DNA of 64,000 bases, taken from NCBI GenBank assembly GCA_964016885.1, contig OZ024741.1, positions 173,724,001 through 173,788,000 on the forward strand, in the 5' to 3' direction. Source of the DNA: Eledone cirrhosa (taxonomy: Eukaryota). Below, one piece after another: positions 53,416-64,000 of the stretch. Position 1 is the stretch's first letter; each line of letters starts with the position of its first letter. The position numbers and the translations under genes are program-made. The notes under the pieces were generated by a model. That model saw nothing but the letters and a program-made list of their open reading frames with translations, did no database searches and was not told where the DNA came from.

Positions 53416-53716
53416 TTAGAAATTATAAGCTTTCACCGTATTTTAGACTAAAGAAATTTCTAGCCTGATAGTGGGGTTTATAACCCTCGGAGAAATGGAA
53501 AAAGATGAGTGTTGCCGTCCATGGGAGTCGAACCCACATGTTTGGTTATCCATACCAATGGTAGCACATTGGTCTGGATAACCAAAGATGTGGGTTCGAC
53601 TCCCATGTACGGCAACACTTTTTTTTTTATTTCTCCGAGGTTTATAAACCCCACTATCAGGCTAGAAATTTCTTTAGTCTAAAATACGGTGAAAGCTTAT
53701 AATTTCTAATTTCTAA
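53409..53716. repeat. fold-back of a tRNA-derived element
   Basis: Arms of ~150 bp centred at ~53563. Partial tRNA (D remnant, TTGGT-CTGGATA-ACCAA stem-loop, GTGGG-TTCGACT-CCCAT T arm) followed by a T-run. Confidence 0.65.
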
Positions 53717-53775
53717 TTTTCAAACTCGTGCACCGTTTCAAAAACATAATTATGTTTACATTTATAATTTGCTTG

Positions 53776-53835
<60 letters not shown>

Positions 53836-53848
<13 letters not shown>

Positions 53849-53999
53849 GTATTTATATATGTATACATATATATATATGTATATATATATATATGTATAC
53901 ATATATATATATATGTATTTATATATATATATATGTATTTATATATGTATACATATATATATATGTATATATAGTTATATATGTATACATATATATATG

Positions 54000-54030
<31 letters not shown>

Positions 54031-54459
54031 GTATATATATATGTATGTATATATATATATGTATTGGTAAACGGAATAGAAAATGCTGACAAATTGTTCA
54101 CAGTGAAAAATAGTTTAATTAGGAATAAGTGAGAATTAGTAATTGTATTGGTTAGTATTCAGTTTTGGTTTTAAGTTTTACCGGTTGCGCATTTCTAATG
54201 CTTTTCAAAAATAATTTTAAGATAGAGCGTCCGTGATGTTTGCTCTGATCTGATTAGTTTTGGGAATTCTACCTGCTTTTATTTTAAAAAAGTGGCTCCA
54301 GCGGTATTGAAATTGATTTTGCGCCAATTCGTGTTGCAAAATTTCTTGTGGTCAAAACAATTTTGATTGGTCAGTAGAGGTCATGTGAATGTAAAAAATT
54401 GATTTTGCGCCAAATGTAGGTTTGTGTCGGCTGACTGAGAAATGACTCTTTCACAACAA

Positions 54460-54540
<81 letters not shown>

Positions 54541-54733
54541 AAGTGTTCGTTGTTGTGGAAAAGCATTAGAAATGCGCAACCGGTAAAACTTAAAACCAAA
54601 ACTGAATACTAACCAATACAATTACTAATTCTCACTTATTCCTAATTAAACTATTTTTCACTGTGAACAATTTGTCAGCATTTTCTATTCCGTTTACCAA
54701 TACATATATATATATACATATATATGTATATAC

Positions 54734-54768
<35 letters not shown>

Positions 54769-54874
54769 CATATATATATGTATACATATATAAATATATA
54801 TACATATATATATATGTATACATATATAAATACATATATATATATATAAATACATATATATATATATGTATACA

Positions 54875-54909
<35 letters not shown>

Positions 54910-54930
54910 GTATACATATATAAATACATA
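53836..54930. repeat. fold-back of an unclassified repeat including flanking microsatellite; related copy at 61865-62515
   Basis: Arms ~53836-54205 and ~54558-54930; internal (TG)n and (TAG)n. Confidence 0.7.
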
Positions 54931-54954
54931 TATATATATGTATATATATATATG

Positions 54955-54986
<32 letters not shown>

Positions 54987-55029
54987 TGTACATATATATA
55001 TATATATATGTATATGTATATATGTATAC

Positions 55030-55083
<54 letters not shown>

Positions 55084-55104
55084 GTATATGTATATATGTA
55101 TACG

Positions 55105-55143
<39 letters not shown>

Positions 55144-55146
55144 ACG

Positions 55147-55189
<43 letters not shown>

Positions 55190-55248
55190 TTATATATATG
55201 TATATATATATATATATATGTGTATATATATATATATATATGAATATG

Positions 55249-55323
<75 letters not shown>

Positions 55324-55520
55324 GTATATATATATATGTATATATATATGTATATATATATATGTATATATATATGTATATATATATATGTATATATATA
55401 TATATTTATATATATATATGTATATATATATATGTATATATATATATGTATATATATATATGTATATATATATATATTTATATATATATATGTATATATA
55501 TATATGTATATATATATATG

Positions 55521-55583
<63 letters not shown>

Positions 55584-55598
55584 GTATATATATATATG

Positions 55599-55646
<48 letters not shown>

Positions 55647-55682
55647 GATATGTATATATATATATGTATATATATATATATG

Positions 55683-55726
<44 letters not shown>

Positions 55727-55745
55727 AACACACACATATATATAT

Positions 55746-55792
<47 letters not shown>

Positions 55793-55849
55793 CATATATA
55801 TATATACATATATCTATATACATATATATATATACATATATATATATAC

Positions 55850-55882
<33 letters not shown>

Positions 55883-55928
55883 CATATATACATATATATA
55901 TACATATATATATATACATATATATATA

Positions 55929-56062
55929 CATTGAGGACCGAGTAAGTTAGATCGCAGATATAAAAGACAGCGAGAAGCGAAAACCAACCAAACAGTGAGT
56001 GTGTTCTGTTATTAATTCTGGCAATATTACGCAAATATGACCCTCCCCAAATATAACAATAC
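55929..56062 (+). mobile_element. short pLTR 3' fragment of the 57-59 kb PLE family
   Basis: CATTGAGGACCGAGTAAGTTAG...CCCAAATATAACAAT matches 59200-59336. Confidence 0.75.
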
Positions 56063-56074
56063 ATGTATATATAC

Positions 56075-56124
<50 letters not shown>

Positions 56125-56258
56125 GTGTATATATATATATGTATATATATATAAGTATATATATATATGTATATATATATATGTATATATATATATGTAT
56201 ATATATATATGTGTATATATATATATGTATATGTATATATATATATGTACATATATAA

Positions 56259-56292
<34 letters not shown>

Positions 56293-56313
56293 TTATATAT
56301 GTATATATATATG

Positions 56314-56344
<31 letters not shown>

Positions 56345-56430
56345 TTATATATGTATATATATATATATGTATATATGTATATTATATATATATGTACATA
56401 TATATATATATATGCATATATATATATTTA

Positions 56431-56461
<31 letters not shown>

Positions 56462-56479
56462 TTATATATATATATATTC

Positions 56480-56512
<33 letters not shown>

Positions 56513-56520
56513 TATATATA

Positions 56521-56658
<138 letters not shown>

Positions 56659-56694
56659 GATATATATATATATATATTCATATATATATATATA

Positions 56695-56758
<64 letters not shown>

Positions 56759-56836
56759 TATATATATATATATATATATATTCATATATATATATATTCA
56801 TATATATATTCATATATATATATATATATATATATA

Positions 56837-56890
<54 letters not shown>

Positions 56891-57373
56891 TACATATATA
56901 TATTCATATATATATATATATATATATATTCATATATATATATACATATATGGGGGAGGTTATAGTTCACTTGAAGCATTGTGTAATGAGGTATAAACGT
57001 TAGAATATGTGTAATAAGGCCAAGACAATGCAGATATGGACATAGAAAAAAGAATGCAATAGTGAGAGATATTGATGAGAATTCGTCTTTCACCTTGAAT
57101 TTATTTAAATGTCCTTAATTTTCGAGATAATATCTCTTCTTCGGAGGGAAGTAAAAGTCTCAGACCAGCGTCTAAATTTCCAAATTTGGAAATTTAGACG
57201 CTGGTCTGAGATTTTTACTTCCCTCCGAAGAAGAGATATTATCTCGAAAATTAAGGACATTTAAATAAATTCAAGGTGAAAGACGAATTCTCATCAATAT
57301 CTCTCACTATTGCATTCTTTTTTCTATGTCCATATCTGCATTGTCTTGGCCTTATTACATATATTCTAACGTT

Positions 57374-57461
<88 letters not shown>

Positions 57462-57473
57462 TATATATATATA

Positions 57474-59387
57474 TTGTTATACTTGGGGAGGGTCATATTT
57501 GTGTAATATTGCCAGAATTAATAACAGAACACACTCACTGTTTGGTTGATTCTCGCTTTTCGCTTCTGTGTCTTTTATATCGGTAACCTAATTTACTCGG
57601 CCCTCAATGTTGCCATTGGTATGGTGGGAAAGGAGACTTAAAGACCTCCTTAATGAGAGCTCTATAGACCTCATCATGTACTCTCGTTATGTAGACGATA
57701 TCAATATAGTTATAAGAACACCCCCACTAGAGAGCACTAACAAGTTTGATTTAGAACGTAGCACAATGGAAAGCATCCAGCAGATAGCTAATTCCATACA
57801 CCAGAGTATAACTGTAACTATCGGCTTCCCTTCCAAACACCCTAACAATAGACTACCTGTATTAGACACAGAACTCTGGATTAATACTATAGACGAGAGA
57901 GCCCAAATTCTCCACTCACACTATGCTAAACCCATGGCCTCCAAATACCTGATACTCAAAAACTCAGCAATTTCCAGTAGTGCTAAGTTTAATATTCTGA
58001 TCGCAGATTTGGTACGAGTGATGAAGAATGTGTCCCGCATGTGCGACCCAGCAGAAATGGAAAGACACATCCAACACTTCATCAACCGCATGCAGTTCTC
58101 TGGCTACAACCAAAGAGACAGAGTCAGAGTATACGAAGGAGCCATGGAGAAGTATAAGACCCTCATAGAACTGGACATGAAAGGAATTTGCCCGTTATAC
58201 AGGAGCAAATCATGGAATAGCATAGATAGGGCTAGACATAATATAGGGAAAGCCACCTCATGGTACGACAACCAGAGATATCAGAGTGTCATGTTTGTGG
58301 ACGCTACCCCTGGAGGGAAATTAGCTAACCAGTGTAGAAAGGCCCTGAGAAAGACCCACTTAAAAATTAAGGTGGTAGAAAAGCCAGGAACCACCATAAA
58401 ATCCCTGATCAGCAAAATCTACCCTTTTAAGAAAACCCACTGTAACAATAGGAAATGTATCATATGTAAGATAAATCCCCGGATAAACTGTAAAACTAGA
58501 AACGTAATCTATAGCATAAGATGTACAGAGGGTACTTGCAGAAACATGACAACAACATACATAGGAGAGACAGCTCGTAGCATAGGTGAAAGGATAGACC
58601 AACACTGAAGGGAACTAAAAGGACGAAAAAATTGGTCAGTACTATACGAACATGCCAGACAACAACATGACGGTAATATAGACAACATAGAAATTAGAAT
58701 AATATCTAAACATAGAAATGACCCAGCAGATAGGCAAATGAGAGAGGCCAGTGAAATAGAACTTAGAAGACCAAGACTAAACAGAAAGAATGAATGGAAT
58801 AACAACAACACCCAAACAAACAAACAACACTGACCTAAGAGAAGTATAAATAAGTAAATAAAATAAAATAAATAAATAAATAAATACATACACAAGCACA
58901 TAAACACACACTAGTCACCCAATCATGAACACACATCACACATCAAACAAAACACTATACACACACGCAAACGCATGCGCAAAGAAGACAAAATAAAATA
59001 AACAAACAGGCAAATAAATAAATAAATATATAGACAGACTGAATAAAAATGGCGTAGACATACAATACAACAGGAGGAAATAATAGCACCACTGACGATG
59101 TTGCAGATGTGCAACGAAAGATTTATGATAAACTATATATATGTGTTTGTGTCCATATTGTATCTGTATTATTTTTGACCGTCGGTCAGTCAATGGCAAC
59201 ATTGAGGACCGAGTAAATTAGATTACCGATATAAAAGACACAGAAGCGAAAAGCGAAAACCAACCAAACAGTGAGTGTGTTCTGTTATTAATTCTGGCAA
59301 TATTACACAAATATGACCGTCCCCAAGTATAACAATATATGTTTCGACACACGATTTCATATAAAAAACCTCGCAAAACACACACAT

Positions 59388-59388
<1 letters not shown>
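57474..59388 (+). mobile_element. Penelope-like element (GIY-YIG type with Cys-rich linker, Neptune/Nematis-like, clade unresolved) with inverted 5' pLTR
   Basis: 57474-57617 is the reverse complement of ~59190-59336 fused to a truncated RT. Hammerhead-like core at 59092-59135. (TA)n flanks. Confidence 0.85.
57607..58833 (+). pseudogene. PLE RT C-terminal half plus GIY-YIG endonuclease (in-frame TGA at 58606)
   Basis: RYVDDI, LPVLD, KPMAS, FINRMQFSGY, CNNRKCIIC, VIYSIRC...YIGETARSIGERIDQH*...LYEHARQQH...RQMREASEI..RPRLNRKNEW. Confidence 0.85.
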
Positions 59389-59432
<44 letters not shown>

Positions 59433-59436
59433 GTAC

Positions 59437-59587
<151 letters not shown>

Positions 59588-59588
59588 C

Positions 59589-59814
<226 letters not shown>

Positions 59815-59919
59815 TGATATATATATATATGTATATATATATACATATGCATATGGTTGGACAATACATGTTCCCCTAAGCGTTTTGTGCGTGTAGGGAT
59901 ATATATACTTTATTATTAT

Positions 59920-60100
59920 TTGGCAGTATCGGTAAAGGGTCGGACGACATGCTTTGACGCATAGAGTTACGGCCCTTTCCATTCTGAGTTTAAATCCCGC
60001 CGAAGTCAACTTTGCCTTTCATCCTTACGGGGTCGATAAAATAAAGTACCAGTAATACACTGGTTAATTACTGGCCCTGTGCCAAATGTAGAAACAATTA
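59920..60100 (+). mobile_element. tRNA-derived SINE
   Basis: TTGGCAGTATCGGTAAAG...GAGTTTAAATCCCGCCGAAGTCAACTTTGCCTTTCATCC...GTCGATAAAATAAAGTACCAGT. Confidence 0.8.
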
Positions 60101-60313
60101 TTATTCTCCTCTTGGTCGAGAAAAAAATTTGGTCGTTCTGACTGCTGCTAGTTATAGTGGTAGTTGACTGACCTCCCTGCCTTTGCTTCTATAATTACAC
60201 ACGGCACTTGAAGGAATTGCTCCCACATCATTTATTCTCATCTCGGGAACAATTTTGAATAGCGCCAGTTCGTAATTTGAACTCGGGAATTTATATTCTC
60301 CGAGTGAAAAGAT

Positions 60314-60396
60314 CCTTCTGACGAGAGTTTATCTTGCAATGGATGCCGTAAGGACTGTCCGTTTATTTTTGAAACTCGAGACCGTTTCGGTAAAGG
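60314..60396 (+). ncRNA. type-I hammerhead ribozyme motif with a GAAA>GAGA substitution
   Basis: CCTT-CTGACGA-GAGTTT...AAACTC-GAGA-CCG(ttt)CGG-TA-AAGG; all three helices can form. Confidence 0.6.
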
Positions 60397-60465
60397 TAAC
60401 CATAGTGAGTAAAGTTAATTTTTAAAAATTTAATTTTTAAACTTTTTCTTATTTGCTAAACCTTC

Positions 60466-60582
<117 letters not shown>

Positions 60583-60651
60583 GTATATATATATGTATAT
60601 ATATATGTATATATATATGTATATATATATGTATATATATATATGTATATA

Positions 60652-60746
<95 letters not shown>

Positions 60747-60764
60747 GTGTATATATATATATAA

Positions 60765-60828
<64 letters not shown>

Positions 60829-60841
60829 ATATATCTATATA

Positions 60842-60890
<49 letters not shown>

Positions 60891-60983
60891 GTGTATATAT
60901 ATGTATATATATATATATATGTGTATATATATGTATATATATATATATGTGTATATATATGTATATATATATATATGTGTATA

Positions 60984-61140
<157 letters not shown>

Positions 61141-61156
61141 ATATATATATATATAT

Positions 61157-61865
61157 ATTGTTATACTTGGGGAGGGTCATATTTGCGTAATATTGCCAGA
61201 ATTAATAACAGAACACACTCACTGTTTGGTTGGTTTTCGCTTCTCGCTGTCTTTTATATCTGCGATCTAACTTACTCGGTCCTCAATGTTGCCATTGACT
61301 GACTGACGGTCAAAAATAATACAGATACAATATAGACACAAACACATATATATAGTTTACATAATTTACATAAATCTTTCGTTGCACATCTGCAACATCG
61401 TCAGTGGTGTTATATTCTTTGTTCCTCCTGTTGTGTTGTATGTCTACGCCATTTGTTATTCAGTCTGTCTATATATTTATTTATTTATTTGCTTGTTTGT
61501 TTATTTTATTTTATTTTGTCTTCTTTGCGCATGCGTTTGCGTGTGTGTATAGTGTTATGTGTGCTGTGTGACTAGTGTGTATAGTGTTGTGTCTGCTGGG
61601 TGACTAGTGTGTGTTTATGTGCTTGTTGTTATTGTGCTTGTGTATGTAATTATTTATCTTATTTTATTTTATTTTATTTACTTATTTATACTTCTCTTAG
61701 GTCAGTGTTGTTTGTTTGGGTGTTGTTGTTGTTCCACTCATTCTTTATGTTTTGCTTTGGTCTTCTAATTTCTATTTCACTGGCCTCTCTGATTTGCCTA
61801 TCTGCTGGGTCATTCCTATGTTTAGATATTATTCTAATTTCTATGTTGTCTATATTACCGTCATT
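61157..61865 (-). mobile_element. 3' fragment (GIY-YIG tail plus pLTR) of the 57-59 kb PLE family
   Basis: DGNIDNIEIRIISKHRNDPADRQIREASEIEIRRP matches 58670-58800. Confidence 0.85.
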
Positions 61866-61929
61866 TGACACACATCGCTGCTGGCCATTGTCGCAGCATC
61901 GAACACCTTACTACTACTACTACTACACA

Positions 61930-62022
<93 letters not shown>

Positions 62023-62626
62023 ACACACACACACACATATTTGTTGTGAAAGAGTCATTTCTCAATCTTGGCGCAAAACCAATTTTTTATCCACATGACC
62101 TCTACCGACCAATCAAAATTGTTTTGACCAAGAATTTTTGCTGGAGCCACTTTTTTAACATAAAAACAGTCTTGGCGCAAAATCAACTTTTTACATTCAC
62201 ATGACCTCTACCGACCAATCAAAATTATATTGACCACAAGCATTTTTGCAACACAAAAATAACGCTGGAGCCACTTTTTTAACATAAAAACAGGTAGAAT
62301 TCCCAAAACTAATCAGATCAGAGCAAACAGCACGGACACTCTATCTCAAAATTATTTTTGAAAAGCATTTAGAAATGCGCAACCGGTAAAAACTTAAAAA
62401 CTTAAAACCACAACTGAATACTAACCCATACAATCACTAATACTCTTTTATTCCTAATTAAACCATTTTTCAACTGTGAACAATTTGTCAGCATTTTCTA
62501 TTCCGTTTACCAATATATACATATATATATACATATATATATATATATACATATATATACATATATATATACATATATATATATATACATATATATACAT
62601 ATATATATACATATATATATATATAC

Positions 62627-62825
<199 letters not shown>

Positions 62826-62843
62826 TACATATATATATATATA

Positions 62844-62874
<31 letters not shown>

Positions 62875-62877
<3 letters not shown>

Positions 62878-63968
62878 TTAAGATAAGCAGAACAAGTAAA
62901 ATTCAATCAATTTTTCAAAATACATTAAAAAATATAATATAAATATTTACCTCTTCTAGTGGCCCTTACTGATCAGTTTCGCTTTGTAAAACCTCATAAA
63001 TCCGATGGATTCATGATGGAAAACCAAAGCTCATCAGAGAAGCATTTTCCCATCCTAGGGCTAAACGTCCCAGGAACGACAAAATATACAACCTCCTGCC
63101 AGCTAATAAAGGTCTGAAAGGTCGTAAAAGTGACCCGTATGTAAACTGGACCGAAGTAAAAGCGGGAAAATCAAAGACTTGCTGTCTACAATTACTACTA
63201 AAGAAATAGCAGCCTAGTAAAGCAACAGATTTGTTCTCAACGGACGGAGAAAAAGGTATAAGTTAATATGTCCAGTAAACTGATCAGTAAGGGCCACTAG
63301 AAGAGGTAAATATTTATATTATATTTTTTAATGTATTTTGAAAAATTGATTGAATTTTACTTGTTCTGCTTATCTTAATATTAAAGTTCTGGTGTATCAA
63401 ATTAACACCATTGAACAACCCTGAATCATAGACAACCTATGTATTTCTAGGGGTACCTAGTATCCCTGGACATATTAACTTATACCTTTTTCTCCGTCCG
63501 TTGAGAACAAATCTGTTGCTTTACTAGGCTGCTATTTCTTTAGTAGTAATTGTAGACAGCAAGTCTTTGATTTTCCCGCTTTTACTTCGGTCCAGTTTAC
63601 ATACGGGTCACTTTTACGACCTTTCAGACCTTTATTAGCTGGCAGGAGGTTGTATATTTTGTCGTTCCTGGGACGTTTAGCCCTAGGATGGGAAAATGCT
63701 TCTCTGATGAGCTTTGGTTTTCCATCATGAATCCATCGGATTTATGAGGTTTTACAAAGCGAAACTGATCAGTAAGGGCCACTAGAAGAGGTAAATATTT
63801 ATATTATATTTTTTAATGTATTTTGAAAAATTGATTGAATTTTACTTGTTCTGCTTATCTTAATATTAAAGTTCTGGTGTATCAAATTAACACCATTGAA
63901 CAACCCTGAATCATAGACAACCTATGTATTTCTAGGGGTACCTAGTATCCCTGGACATATTAACTTAT
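62875..63968 (+). mobile_element. retrozyme-like element: inverted arm plus tandem with 485-bp period
   Basis: 62875-63275 is the reverse complement of ~63466-63867. 63277-63484 recurs at 63762-63969. Hammerhead CTGATGA(63704)-GCTTTG..CAAAGC-GAAA(63761)-CTGATCAG-TA-AGGG. Confidence 0.8.
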
Positions 63969-64000
63969 ATATATATATATATATAATACATATATATATA

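Noticed and set aside
53559-53614. Functional tRNA gene
   Set aside because: The 5' acceptor strand and most of the D arm are missing, replaced by the inverted copy.
58606-58608. In-frame TGA in the PLE GIY-YIG domain as selenocysteine
   Set aside because: It follows the catalytic-region H at a position where Trp (TGG) is plausible and Cys is not expected. No SECIS was identified, so a single G>A change is simpler. The stop in the Naiad-like copy is TAA.

Overview
Repeat-dense, AT-rich animal DNA, most likely an octopod cephalopod judging by the SINE, MITE and LINE families and the multi-kb (TA)n/(TAYA)n arrays. The organism is inferred, not proven. No intact host gene is evident, and nearly all long ORFs in the track are IY/YI microsatellite artefacts. 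Recognisable elements: a full-length decayed Gypsy (22840-28524), older Gypsy remnants, CR1, RTE, CRE and Tx1 LINE fragments, two Penelope-like elements (PLEs, one Naiad-like), Helitron, hAT, Tc1 and TTAA-type MITEs, and many tRNA-derived SINEs. Two things stand out. (1) A 1.73-kb fold-back DNA element (10310-12042; 8-bp TSD CATTTTAC; GG...CC ends). Each of its ~790-bp arms carries a captured first coding exon of the host CTLH/GID E3-ligase gene RMND5 with its splice donor, plus a Tx1 LINE tail. This is a Pack-type, hairpin-forming gene-capturing transposon. (2) A set of unrelated non-coding islands inside the (TA)n arrays that carry type-I hammerhead ribozyme motifs. They show PLE/retrozyme architecture: 485-663-nt tandem monomers, often with an inverted 5' arm. 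In one of them the forward copy starts exactly at the predicted ribozyme cleavage site. All alignments and foldings were done by eye; no database searches were run.
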